A stretch of DNA of 64,000 nucleotides from Antedon mediterranea (lineage: Eukaryota > Animalia > Echinodermata), in the NCBI RefSeq assembly GCF_964355755.1, contig NC_092674.1:7006001-7070000 (forward strand). The letters are read 5' to 3'. The number at the start of each line of letters is the position of its first letter. Position 1 is the stretch's first letter. This document shows positions 1-43,362 of this stretch, in pieces. The translations under genes and the position numbers were made by a program. The notes under the pieces are model-generated. The model was not told where the DNA came from. It ran no database searches and saw only the letters and a program-made list of their open reading frames with translations.

Positions 1-843
1 AATTGGAAATTGGGATTAGGCCCCCTATTGACCCACGGCAGCCTGCAGTGCAGCGCATACCGAGATCAGCATGTGTTAAATACAATACAATCTCTATTAA
101 GTGGACACCTTCAGGACCAAAAAAAGTGTCCCTTCAATAGGGGTGACTGAATAGGGATTTGCCGTAGTATTAAAATATATGTTTCCTCATTCGTTATGTT
201 ATGTTATGTAGTCTATTTCGTGCCTAGCTTACCTGGATAAACCAACAATAGCCCCTTCTCCTCGAAGAGTAAGATATAACTCGAAAAGTAGAAGTTTTCA
301 TTGAATTACCCTTTCCACAAATGGTATAGTCCATGAACTATGCCCTCAAGTGGGAGCCTGCCCACAAACCACCATCATCATTTCTTTTCGAGACATGAAA
401 GAGTTAACATGTCTTCAAAGAGCTTACACAGTTTTCTTCAAGATGAATTTGTATTTAAATTATTAAGTGAAGATGATAAAGTATGGATGTATTATATATA
501 TTACGTTATCTATTTAGAATCAAGTATCAATCATATGTAGGAAATCATATCTCTGTTATTGGTATACAATACGTATCTCTATCCAAGTGTAACTTAATTA
601 AAGCCATCATTAATCCTATATGATAATCCCCTTGTCTATGTCAACTTAACCATGTATTTAAACTCTGCACAAGTACGTCACCTACCTCATTTGATATTCT
701 GTCACTGTACACTGCACCCATATGGAGGACCCTTGTGTATTTTATAAGCTGATTATATTTAATGTCTACGTGGTGTGTTCGATCTGGAGGCTCAGAGTTG
801 GGTGGTTTTTATCGTGATTAGAACATGGCGTAAGTTAGGCCTG

Positions 844-984
844 AAGTTCTGTCTGACACTATCAAACTAGTTTGACAAAAAAAGTGTTATGTGCTAAAAT
901 ATGGTAATGATATTTCATCGTGTCTATATATGGACACATCACATTTTTTTTGTCACATGAAGTTTGATAGTGTAGATAGAGCTT
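844..984. mobile_element. MITE family A copy
   Basis: Both TIRs present; aligns by eye to 8667-8813. Confidence 0.8.
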
Positions 985-1237
985 TAGCGTTATAACTCTT
1001 CACTATCGATCTTCAAAACGAAAACATTTTATCCTTTCTTTTCTATCTACCCTTATTTATCGTTTCCTCTGTTATTATTGTAAAAATGAGAGTATTTGAT
1101 TGGTCACTGCCAAACAACTGGCAGTGATCTACTCCACTGCTCGCATAAACAGTGGTGGATTTGAGGAGTTTGATCTGCTCAAAACAACCCAGTCGATTAC
1201 GACTTTCTGTTCTCCATCCTATTTTTCCATATTGAAA

Positions 1238-1341
1238 ATGGTGATATTGTATACTTTATTTTGTATTAACTACACATGTTTAGTTAAAATAAGAAAAATT
1301 GCAAAATTAACAGCAAACCAACAAAACAACTGCATAATACT
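1238..1341 (+). CDS. Candidate alternative first coding exon (A) of the FRMPD-family gene
   Basis: ATG at 1238 reads MVILYTLFCINYTCLVKIRKIAKLTANQQNNCII, then CT|GTAAGT (phase 2, compatible with the 13567 exon). VKIRKIAKLT resembles the VKIAKLS N-terminus of vertebrate FRMPD4 as I recall it. No transcript evidence. Confidence 0.35.
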
Positions 1342-3074
1342 GTAAGTAATATGGATTGCATGTAGATGTGAGGTGTAGTTCAAAAATTGACATAATTTAT
1401 GATCAGACTATTTTTTTAAAATAACTTGAAAACTTTAGAGTATTATTTCTGAAACAAAGTATGGTGGTAATTCAGATCTGAATTACTTTCAAGTGTTTCC
1501 ACAACTCTACACATTCCTATATTCAAGACCTTATATTCAGTATCAAACCATAGCCGTTGTGTCCGTTCATCCGCTGATAAACTCGCCTTTCAAGTGCCTA
1601 CAACAAACAAATTCTACATCTTACAGGACATTTTCTGCCAATGCACCTTTCTTTTGGAATCTATTAGACCTCATTTCATCTACGATGAAACAGTTTTAAT
1701 CTGTTCTTTAAATCTTTTGATTCTAATCACTGTGAGAACTTTTGTAAAGCGCCTCTAAATATTCATATTATTATTATTATAATGTAGGGAAAGTGCATGC
1801 CCGTAGTCCTATCCCATCTATTCACCTTCCAAGCGTTTCGGAAGGACAACATGTGTGTCGTTTATCCGTTTCTGCTGGTTTATACCTCGATGTTTAAATG
1901 GAATGTTGTTATTAAGAATGTTCAAGACATTTCTACAGTCCAGAATAATTATGCTATAAATGTTGTCAGCCTCATGTAATGTAAAACCAAATAAATTGTG
2001 TGACTATATGCCTGTCATTATGATATTTAGCATACCTTAACGGATAAATTATGATTATTGGCCTGTGTCCAGATAGCAAAACTGTATGCTGTAGTTGAGA
2101 CATATTTAAAATAAACTATTGATTTGGTTTTAAACTGATGTGTTATATTTATGACAGCTTCATATTGATTGCCGTCATTGTGCGCTAATCAAGTGAAGCG
2201 TAGTAATTATCAATAGTCCATGTGCTTTGGCATGAATTAACCAACAATGGATATGATAATGAGCTGAGATTATTACTCTGTAAATAAATGAACAATGATG
2301 ATGGCAATGATAATGATATAGAACAACAGGTGATTATGATAATGATACTAATTACTGTGAATAGCTTATCATTGTATTTTACATTCCATAACTTTTTATC
2401 CGATTTGTCTATGACTGGGACATAGTTGAAATATAGCCCTCTGTGATTTGGAAACATAGGCCTACAGTACTGTACTATATTCCTTGTGGACTTCGTCTCT
2501 AAGTAGAGTTATACTTCAGATCACTTTGGCTCATATTTTGAAATACCTCAGTCCAGTCAATACTTTAATAACCAGAAACTTTACATTAGCCATTTTCGCG
2601 ACATAAAAACTTTTGCGAAATGATTTTCTAATAAAAGTATCAAGAAAATAAGAATTCGTTTTAGGACTCTTTTCCTCGTAATGTCAATAAAATGAGATAA
2701 TAAATACTGTAAAAATGTTTAAATGCTTTTAAAAAGACGTCATTATAAGTTATTCAATAAATGTTAAAGTATTATGAAACGTATTACAAATATTAATTGT
2801 TCTTGCTATTTGCAATACCATTTCTGAGAATATCGAAGATTAAGCTAATGATACAATTGAGACGTCAGTGTTAACCTCCTACTATTAGTTAATGTTGTGT
2901 TGTTTTCTGGCAATGAAGTTAAAAGAAATAAAAAAAGCTATGTTGCATTTGAGACTTTTTTTTAAACTGGCAATTATTATGTTTTTTTAGATTATTGTAA
3001 ATTATTGTTTATATATATATTAATTCTAAACCGCCCGGTGATATACTGAAATTTAATTAATTAATTTGAAACGA

Positions 3075-3311
3075 TAAAGATGAGGAAATCTGTGAGAATG
3101 AGAAAAAGTCGCCCCAACCGAGACTCGAACTCGGACCGCCTGCTTGATATGCAGATGTCCTAACCATTAGACCACTGGGGCTTTCATGGTATTGTTCGAA
3201 CTCGATTGGATAGCGACTCTTTAACATTCTCGGCGTGATACGGCGGAACAGCACTAGTCCTCAGTTGTACGCACGCGCAACAGAGATCAAATTGATACGC
3301 CCTCATCTTTA
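3075..3311. mobile_element. Inverted-repeat-bounded cassette carrying the tRNA-like sequence
   Basis: TAAAGATGAGG (3075-3085) and CCTCATCTTTA (3301-3311) bracket a GC-richer island in AT-rich flanks. Confidence 0.55.
3110..3181 (-). tRNA. tRNA-like gene with ATC anticodon (Asp-ATC-like); possibly a repeat-borne pseudogene
   Basis: Reverse complement GCCCCAG TG GTCT AATGGTTA GGAC A TCTGC ATATCAA GCAGG CGGT CCGAG TTCGAGT CTCGG TTGGGGC G folds into a full 72-nt cloverleaf with A and B boxes and G73; a TTTTT terminator follows 2 nt later. Confidence 0.7.
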
Positions 3312-5362
3312 ATTATAATAATTATATGTAATATAAACTCAACTGAGAAATTAGTTGAACAATAGTTGAAATGTGTTTATGAACGCACTACTGAAACTGA
3401 AAACAAACGGCTTATAAATCTTTTTTTAAAATCTTTTCTATGAATTCGCATTTACTAATCTTCACACCAATAATTTGTATCTTGATGATTAATGTGATAA
3501 TTTTGCCAAGTTTAAATTTCTGCGTATTTTCTTTTTTTAAAAATCGAGAATAAATTAAAGGAGCATTAATGAAACGTCAGTGGAACGTCATGATTTTGCA
3601 TAAATTTATAGTTTTTGATACCAGCAATTTCTATCATACTGTACATGGGTTCATAGCCTACTACTATGCATGTTTTTCTATAATATATAAATCTTCTTAT
3701 AGTATACACATACAGTAATTTGCCTATAATCTAGTATACTATAGCTACTTTAAATTGTAAAAGTTCATAGCCGTTCATTTACCTGTCTGCCTGTATAAAC
3801 CATTTAATTTAATTCTTTCTTTTTTTTCCCTATTAACACAAGGCGAAAATTCCTAGTCTTTGAGTTCCTATGTTTTTATTTATCAAGCAGTTCACTGTAC
3901 ATATGCTTATTGTTGTCTTAGCATCATTTTATTTTATCAAAACCAACAGCAACGAAAATTGCCAATTAAAGGTATGAAAACAGATACAATAAATACTTTA
4001 TATATGAAGCAAACTTAAATAAATATTCAATAGTAAAAATTAGTCTATTGAGCACAATTATTTAAAGAATACAATGAGTCTTGAATGATGAATAACTATT
4101 GGAAAAAATATCAACATTTACATTTGACTCACTTAAATATAGTTACGGTATACCATGGAGAAATAATATTTCTCCATGGTTATACAAAGAAGGCAAGCAT
4201 GTCATACATACTTTTGTGTATTTTTTTTTAGCAAACTATTAATAATGTTTAATAATGGTCACGAGTACTCAGTTATGAGTAGAACGACAAGAGAAAGAAT
4301 AATGTTTGTTTTAGACTTGGCTCAACATTCCTCATATTAAGTACAGTTAGAAAGAATAAATAGTGAGATGGTATATTTGAAACTCTCATAATGTACGGGT
4401 CTCGCGCATGATGGCCGGCATTGGATAAGGGGAGGATACAGTATAGTATTTTATACAAAATATATGCCTATATAATAAGTTCAAAATCTGTATAGTCATA
4501 TTATAAACAAAATTAATACAGTCGAAAATTAACTAATTCAGTATTCCTTTAACAGAGAGCCGACCAAAAAACAAAAATATTAAGATTAAAACTTTTCAAC
4601 AGCAACATGAACTATGACCTTTAGCTCCCACCTTACTTTAAGTTTTGTATTGTTGCTAGGATACTGTCAACCTAAATTTATCTTCTAACCAATCAGGTGT
4701 GACTATAAAGATGGTTAAAGGCAGTTAAACACTTCAACATAAAAGTTAAGATATTCAACTATAAATTCATGGATGGATTCTTTTGTTAAGCACATTGTGG
4801 GACTTAATTGAAATTCATTTGATTTCCCTTAATGAATCTGCAGTAGAGAATTCAGAGTTGCATATCAGGTAAATCTTGGATATAGCTACAATAAACATAA
4901 AATATTACTTCTGCATCAAAGTTTAGGATAAATCTTCCCATTTATGTTAAAGAGTGTTGTTAGCCAGCATATGACTTAAGAGGTAACACTTGCCCTGATA
5001 CCTAGATGTTATCATTAGTTTAGAGTTGTTGCAGTTAGTACACTTTTGGTAAGTAAAATTCGTAAAGGATCATTGATAAAGATGAAATCTGCTTTACATA
5101 GGTCCCAAAGGAGTTTTTATAAAAAATGAAGGATAGTTGTAATAACAAAAATTGTTTTTTTTTTTCAATCCGTTTAGGCTTCAATTACCGTGGAAATCAT
5201 TTCTTAGCTTCCATCTACCCATTTCACAGTGAGATGACTTTTGTAGGGTGATGTTGTTATGGTCAGCATGCTTTTAGTTCAATCGCATAGTGTTACTGAC
5301 AGCCTACTGGTAGATTAAGCCATAAAGGAACAAGCACTTTGGCATAACAGTTGTTTTGTGTT

Positions 5363-5505
5363 AAGTCTACACTTATCAAACTTTGTGTGACAACAAAATG
5401 TGATATGTCCATATATGGACATTATGATGTTATATTACTACTATATTTGAGCATATCACTACCATATTTGGGCACTTCACACTAGTTTGATAGTGTAGAC
5501 AGCTT
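5363..5505. mobile_element. MITE family A copy
   Basis: Reverse orientation; gtctacac...gtgtagacagct ends. Confidence 0.8.
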
Positions 5506-6547
5506 TATGTCAATAATCAAATAATTATTTCTCCATGGTTATATTGAGATACCTGTGTAACCATTAGTGTTTGGTACCACATTGTGTATGTCTTCAATGT
5601 GCTGCAAATCTTCTCGGATAATGACTTAAAGCTGGAGGTCCTGTGTGCACATGTGGCTAACATACACTTAAAGAACCTAATGCTTCTTTTGAATAAGTAG
5701 GAGGGTACCCTGATGTACTGGCCCATTTTAGTCCCTGTTTTGTGGATATTCCACTAGTACACTGCACTTTGAGACGTTTATTGTACATAATGAAACGATA
5801 TAATATAATTCCTGAGAGTTTTAAAATACAGGAGACAAAAGTGGCCACAAAAAAATAAAAAAAGTTAATAATTTTAATAATTTGATTTCAACATTGTTTC
5901 ATCAAGGCCTCTCATTCATTCCCTTGAATCTGTCCATCCATTTTTTACATCCAATCAGCAGTCTCCGCAAATCGTACTCCTTGTGTATGCATGTAATCAA
6001 AAGCTTAGAAACCTAATGAAAGTTGACTTTCAGCATTACACGGATTGATTCATTAATAACAGTTTAATACATCTACAATATTGATTGTCGTATAATAACA
6101 TTCAGACTGTTATTATATTTCTCCTTGATATGTAATAAGTGCAATATTATTATATTTACATAGCATTTATTGAACGATTTTTTTATAGCAAAAACCAATT
6201 TCATTTCACTTAGTATGCGTACAGTATGATGAAGTCTTGTGGTACATTTCGCAAGACAAAACTCCAGTTCTCTCAATCAAATGAAGTTACCCGATTTTAT
6301 CTTTATTTCTATTGTTAGACATACTGATACTGATGGCCCACTTTGCCGTATTTGAAGGCAGCAATAATTAACATCACTGTTGTTTTTAGTTTCTTGTATT
6401 ATTTTTATTTAATTTATTCGACTTCTCACTAACTCAGTTAGTGAAGGATCTGGACCAACAGGTGGTAAACACCTCTAAAACGGTCCAGTACCAATTTGCA
6501 CAGTGGCTGTGTGTGACAGTGGCTGTGTTAGTGTGGACTACAGTAGT

Positions 6548-6760
6548 ACACCGGGGTAACCCCCTACTCGTCTCGAAAGATGTACTATGTTCTTTAAAGT
6601 GCGCATGAGCTATGTGTACACTGGACCTACGGTTTATAGTACTTATCCGAGAAGACTCGTTCTACCACCAGAACCATGGAGCGAGTGAGCCTCGAACCCT
6701 TGCCGATGTTATGGCTACGTAATTACGGTTCCACTGTCTTAACCGCTCGGCCACTCACTC
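6548..6760 (-). mobile_element. tRNA-derived SINE (family S2)
   Basis: Reverse complement begins GTGGCCGAGCGGTTAAG (A box) and GGTTCGAG (B box); body GCACTTTAAAGAAC...GAGTAGGGG. A 3' fragment lies at about 14920-15090 (+); related tails near 230, 13402 and 20245. Confidence 0.68.
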
Positions 6761-7794
6761 ACTCACTTGTACTGTATGTCATCATTTTATACAGTACTCT
6801 AAGAGTCTTCATTTTTTCTGTCAATCTTCAACCATATGTATGTTTTGTTTGCTTTTGTCTGTTTTGTTTTGGCATCCCTGACACAAGCATTTGCTTTTTA
6901 AATAATAAATTAATTTTAAATACTTTTTCTCCAGATTTTTATGACTCATGTTTTGGCAGGTCTGTAAGGAAAATAATAATGAATGAATGATTAATTAATT
7001 AATAGAATAATTATATACAGTAATATTAGAGTATAGTATATATTTTATTCCTTAAAAAATGTTTTTATCAATTCCAGTTTTGTAGAGTAAGCTACTATAG
7101 TTACATTATTTTTTTTAAACAAATAAATGATCTGTTGCTAGGTGTAAACAGTGAAAATCTGATTTCATTACAAGGTCAGATGTCATATATTCTGCACAGT
7201 GTGTACTGTATCCATAGTAACCAAATACAGCCCAAAGGATATTGTACATACTGTATATCATATACTTTATTATTTAAGCATAATCAATAAAACTGCATGT
7301 ATTGATATTATTCTTTAATCATGTTACATAGTTACATATCACCTTGATTAAATTTATCCATTTTATTGCTTAGTATCGTAATATTTATGGCTAGAATTTT
7401 GATTAAAATAAAGTGAGTTTGAGATTATTTGAAATCTCCAGGTGTTGGTATGTTTGTGCGAGTGCAGAATCAATAAGTTACTCTGCATCTCGAACCTGGG
7501 CACGAATATACACACGCTTCAACGCATATATCCTTAGTGTAAAGGAGCGATATATTAGTGTTTCACGCTTGTGATTTAATATTTTGGTACCCGTTTATTT
7601 AAGTGGAAGAAATTAACAACCGGGTGTGAAATCTTAATGAATGAAGGTGGACTTAAAAAACAACAATCAGGTGTATATGAAGATTGTTATTACCATTCAT
7701 TCAGTTGTTTGCTCGTGTTGATGATGGTTCAACATTTCTCAGGATTTTATTTTTGTGAATATGTCGTGGATTTTTATTCACTGGTGAAACAGGG

Positions 7795-7835
7795 ATGCTG
7801 AAGTTTGTGGTACATCCACAACTTGACACCGACAG
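7795..7835 (+). CDS. Candidate first coding exon (B) of the FRMPD-family gene
   Basis: ATG at 7795 after an in-frame TGA at 7756; MLKFVVHPQLDTD + AG|GTGAAT (phase 2) joins to give ...DTDSHRERVSQW, mirroring the 14-residue ...SHR start of FRMPD4. No transcript evidence. Confidence 0.45.
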
Positions 7836-8179
7836 GTGAATGGTTTTATAGTTTTTCTTCTATTGGTAAATATCTGTTGAAATCTCACAAACATGATAAT
7901 ATAAGCCTAACAGTTTTTTAGTCTTGTTATACTTTAAGGATTAGGTGACAAACTTTAGGTGACAAAAAAATGTGATGTGCCATATATGGACATGATAATT
8001 TCATTTCACTACTATATTTGGGCATATCACTACCATATTTCAGCATATCACACTTTTTTTTCTTAGTATAGACAGAGCTTTAAGTCCATGAAGGCAGTCC
8101 TAGTATCGAACCAGATCCCTGATTTGGTACCAAGCAAGTACTGTATGTTCTTACAATAGCATCAATACAGTAGTAATGA

Positions 8180-8451
8180 AGGCATGTGGCGAAGTTGGAC
8201 GTTGGACTATTGATGTTGAGTTCGAATCCCAATCCTGTCGCATTGCTTGTATCCTTAGGCAAGATACTTTACTTATGTTTGCTCCTCTCCACCTAGGTGT
8301 ACAAATGGATACCTGGTATAGGTCAAAACACAACTGTGCTGATTAATGTTTCCAGATGTGTTTAATCCAAAAAATGACTGGGGTAATATTGTGAAGCGCT
8401 TTTTTGCATTAAGCGCTATATAAGATCAACATATTATTATTATTATTATTA
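8180..8451 (+). mobile_element. tRNA-derived SINE (family S1)
   Basis: B box GAGTTCGAATCC, body TCCTTAGGCAAGA..CTCTCCACC.AGGTGTA.AAATG, GAAGCGC...(TTA)n tail. Confidence 0.75.
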
Positions 8452-8666
8452 ATACACTACACCATTTGTAAGGTTATATAATAAAAATGTATTGTGATGT
8501 TTATATAAACTGTATAAAGTAAGAAGTTATCGTATCATCATTATCAGTCTAGTTGGTTACATAATACCAACATTGGTTTTGAGTGATAATCTTCAGAAAT
8601 CATATACCTGTTGGAACATTCAAGGATATTTAAATTAGTTTAAAAAATCACACCCAAAAATGTATA

Positions 8667-8813
8667 AAGCTCTGTCTACACTATGAAACTAGTTTGACAA
8701 AACAAGTGTGATGTGCCCAAATATGGTAGTGATATGACATCATCATGTCCTTATACTGTATGGGCACATCACATTTTTTTGTCACATAAAGTTTGATTGT
8801 GTGGACAGAGCTT
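8667..8813. mobile_element. MITE family A (about 145 bp, PIF/Harbinger-like), representative copy
   Basis: TIR AAGCTCTGTCTACACTATCAAACT...AGTTTGATAGTGTAGACAGAGCTT with TAA/TTA flanks. About 14 full or partial copies in the window, including partial ones near 7950, 11206, 11949, 24181 and 44014. Confidence 0.85.
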
Positions 8814-11800
8814 TAGACATTAAAAAGTAAGAAATATCAAAATTGCTTTGACATTTGAGTGATAATGGCAAATTCATAGCAGAAATACTCAAAGTTTATT
8901 ATACAAACTGATATAAAGAAATTATAATTCCATAATTATTATTTTTTATTATATTATAACAAGTTTGACATTTTAATCAGACTACCCCCAACTGTGTAGA
9001 TTGTTTTCTATTCTCTTGTCATATTGGCTAGCAGCTGTACTTCTTGTTGCTCTATTGCTGATTATTGATGAAGATCTTAAAGAGGACAATCGCGATTCCG
9101 TTCCTTTATATTTGTAATACATCATCCTGACGTATAATAGTACAGATAGTAATCTGTATTAAACTTTTTATTTTATCTTTATTTCGCTGTTGATGGCTTC
9201 GAAAAATTTCAATTAATTGGGCTGTGAACTATAGCATCAAAATGGTTGATATAGTGGCACGTGGGCTTTGTTTATGATTTTAGTTAAACACCGTCCACCA
9301 GGGCCAACCCGTGGGCTTGTTTTATGACATTAATGTCTCTATGTTATCTCAATATTAATTGTGAAATAATAAATAGTATTTAAGACTAGCATAACATTTA
9401 AAGAGTACTTCTCAGAAGAAGAAATGTTTCTTTTTTACGTAACAGTTTTAATTATTGTTCTCTCTTCATTAAATAATGGTTTTTTTTAAATTGATATTCT
9501 GTTTAATAATTTAAGAAATAATTATTAATTATCAATTATTTTTGTCAAAATGACCATTAGTAAAATGACCATTAGTCATAGGAATTTTTGACTGACAAAC
9601 TACTGTACTGTAGTAGATTCAAAGGTTTTTTTTTTATATTTTTTTTATTAAACTTTGTTTAATGAGGGTGACTAAAAACAGCCGAGGCTGACATGTAGTG
9701 ATAAAAACCTAACAATACTAAAAGATAGGGTGTCCCCGGAATAGGAATGTCCAAAGGAAGAGGGGTTCTTACTATACTACAATCCTTCACGACTGGACGC
9801 CTAAATTTCGCAAATTGTAATTCAAAAGATAGAACATCAAATTAAGCTTAGCCCTTCACTTTACCATTTTTAGGCCCTGGATCCAAGTCATTTAATGATC
9901 ATTATTGTTTGCTCTTTGCATAGACTGTAAAGTGTTAAAATTATTCCTGTGCTTTATGAAGGCCAATATAATTCTATATGATATTGACTGAAGGCCAATG
10001 ATATTTAATAAGTACCACCAATTTAGAACATTGGAGATTTCAAGTGGCAACCTTGAGTTTACATTTTGCTGAGATTTTAACAGGATTACTTTAAATGGAT
10101 TTTTTATTGCTTGCAAATTGCAGAGATTTAGCTTGAATAAAAACAAAATGTTAGTTGTCAGAGGATGCCCCTTATTTTCTGTTCGTTCAATTTCAGAAGG
10201 CAACAACTATTTATTCTTTCCTTTTCTGTATGAACTTTTATAGTAGAACCACTCCTTTTGGAAAAGCTTCCTCCATTCCTGCAACCCCCTCCCCCCGTAA
10301 TTAAAAAGGTGCATTATATGTTTTAACATATACTCCCTCTCCTCCTCCACCCCTATTTCAGAATTCAGTAGACTACCTTTTAAGTGCACACTTTGCTTTG
10401 TTGGTGTTGTTGGGTCCCAAAGCTGTCAACTTTATACAGTAGGTGTTCTACTGTAAATATGGTTAATACAAATTTGCTTCATTTTTGCAGGTACTGAATC
10501 AATCAGCAGAAAGGTGTGTTTATGTATGTGCTTATAAATATAATGGGCCTAATGTGTTATTATATACTCATAAGTCTCTATACAAAAACTGTCTGTGGGA
10601 ATGGTCTGAATTCAAGTTTCCCTCCAAAGTGCATTATTGCGTTAGAATGTTAGGAATGGTGTTTAATGAAACAGGTGATTTTCATCAATTGAATCATAAT
10701 TAAGATGATTTAATACAGGTAATGAAAATAAACGTAACAAATACTTCTTCTTACGATCATATAGCAAACGTTAATTGTCATTGTGTGGTTGTCAGACAGA
10801 TTATGGTGCGCCACAAAACAGAAAGTAAATTATGCATTGTTCACATTATATGGGTTGCTAACTTTATGCAATGGATGCATGGAGCCCTTAAATTAGCTTT
10901 TGTACACCATCTCATAATATGACGACATTAGTAGAAAAAACCCAGTTGGATTTGGTGCTTTTTTTATCAGTTAAAAGACTGTTAAAAACAGGATTTAGTA
11001 TGCTCTGTAAATTAATATCAAAAGATTGGTTGTAAAAAGTAATTTGCTTGAAAGATTTGCTTGTGAGATGGCTGATTCTGCTTTATCCGCGTTCAATTAT
11101 GCGGTATGATTGTTTGTTAAACAAAATTGCTTTTACTTTATTATTACCTGATCATAAAGTTGCAATTTTTATACAAAAAAATACACTTTTAAAATATAAA
11201 TTCTAAAGCTCTGTCTACACTATCAAGTGTTTGACAAAAAAATGTGATGTGCCCAAATATGGTGGTGATATAATAAGTAAAGTTGTTTTGTTTAACAAAT
11301 GACAGATTGGCTTGTAAAATCTACAATCCAGTGTTCCAATCTTGACCACCACATATTAAAGGGAAAATTCTTTAACATTTAGAAATTCTTACATTAAATG
11401 AATACAAAGGGAAATCCTGAATATTTATTGACTGTGGTTAGTATTTCATGGTTCTGTCTCACTAGACTGTGATTGGGTAATAAGGCCATAGGATTGATAG
11501 TGAACAAAATATTTCCTGCAAGAAAAAAATAATTTCAGGAAATATACGATTGAAAACAAAGTAGTTAGTACTTCAATTACAGTTCATGATTGTTTTACTG
11601 ATGTTTTTTCTTTAATTTTTTACTCACACTTTCAAGGTTGTTGTACAATTGTGTGCTAAATCATGACTTTACATATGTTGTAATAGAACATTTATGTAGG
11701 CGGAATGATCCTAGCCTTTCCTACTGTTGAATATGGTTAATATTTTGGGTATTGAGAAAGCACGTTTGTTTTAAAGTTAGACCCACAGAATAATTTGAAA

Positions 11801-13566
11801 TAGTAAATAAATAAAATAAAATAAATTTGGTACCTCCAAATAAAGAGGTAAATCAACATTCTAGTAAATTTTCTGAATCTGATGATGACTTTCTATACAG
11901 TATGGAAAAAGATGAGTCAATCGCAAAACAGTAGGTTTTGTTTGCCCTAAAGCTCAGATCAAACTTGATGTGACAAAAAATGTAATATGCCCATTATGTG
12001 GACATAACGCCATCATATCACTACCATATTTGGACATATCACTACCATATTTGAATGATTTTCCATTCCCAAGTTTAAAGATATTGTATATGCATCTCCT
12101 CACATCTATGAAATGAGAGAAAATTACTGCCACACTGGTAGATTTCAAATATAGTTTAAACCCTTATTTCTTCATTTTGATACCTCATTTCCGACAACCC
12201 AGGATAATCCCACCTCTATCCAAGGATAATCCCCATCCCTACCACAACCTCTACTCTGGTGGATTTCTAACATAGTTTAAAACCTTCCCAGTACAATTGC
12301 AGTCATTTTGATATAAAGGTTTTGCTACTACTTGCCTGTATAACTACAAGGCGTGTCAATTGCTATTTTAATTACAAAAGAAACACAATTCCTGCATTGT
12401 TATTGCTAAGTATCACTAATTAGTAGTTATTGAACAACACTTATGGTTCTTAATTGTAAGTATTTCTTAAATGTTAGTTGCACTTGAGGTATTTAATTAA
12501 GTTACCATTTTAGAAGTTGTACAAGTCTCTGAATGTTCTATGTGAAAGTTATTTATTTCATGTCAACTTATATGGAAAGTATATGTTATTATGTATTTAA
12601 GGTAATTGCCCCTTTTTTGATAGGTTCAATGCAAATTTATTTAAATATATATTTTTTTGTAGTGTTATTCAGCAGAATTTTGGTTTGAGGATGTTACAGG
12701 TATTTCCAGGCTTACTCGTATATTACATTAAATGTGTAATATTAATTTGATATCTCATTAATGTCAACATTTATATCACCAACCTTTTATCACTGGCAAA
12801 CATTTTTATCAATGGCAAACATTTTTATCACCAATATTTTTTCCACTCACATTTCTTTCCCCAACATTTTTTGTCACCAAATATTTTTATTAACATTTTT
12901 ATCATCAAATATTTTTTTGCACCAACATGTTTTAAACTTTTTTATCATCAAACATTTTTATCACTGACATTTTCTTACCTTGCATCTCAGCTTTATGCTT
13001 TTTTTTGGTTAATGTACACTTGACCCATTCATTTTCCTAATAAATATTGATTAAAGTTCAGAAATATTTCCCCATGTGAGCACTTGAGTACTAGTGTACT
13101 ATCATTTATCAAAAACCTAATTTGGCCCAGAAGGCAGGTTTCCCATATCAAGTATTATTAGCATTCTAATATAATTATTTAAATGTATGTATCACACTAA
13201 TGATGAGAGAGACTGATTACAGACATAATGGATCGGATATTATTTATTTTGTGAAATATATATTGTATATTATATACATTATGTATAGTTATATAAACAT
13301 TATGAAAAATTATTTAAATATTTTTGAGATCCAGCCAGTCATAGCATTGTCATTCTTCCGTAATTTAACATTGGATTTAAATTATTATTTCATGCCTATT
13401 TTACCTGGATAACCAAAAGTACTCCTTGAAAAGAGAGATATTGTCAATATTCATTGTTCTATTAAAGGCACCACTATGGGCGTCCCATAGATGGAAGATT
13501 TTTTGCTATAAAAGTTTGGTTTTCATAACTTTAATCCCACTAATGACAACTTTGTTTATATTTCAG

Positions 13567-43362
<29,796 letters not shown>

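Noticed and set aside
9892-10389. Possible L1/Tx1 LINE remnant
   Set aside because: The composition is suggestive (LFKLNLCNL..KNPF) but it is frameshifted and I could not identify a diagnostic motif; needs BLASTx.
12761-12975. 68-aa ORF with ACATTTTT repeats
   Set aside because: Degenerate low-complexity repeat, not coding-like.
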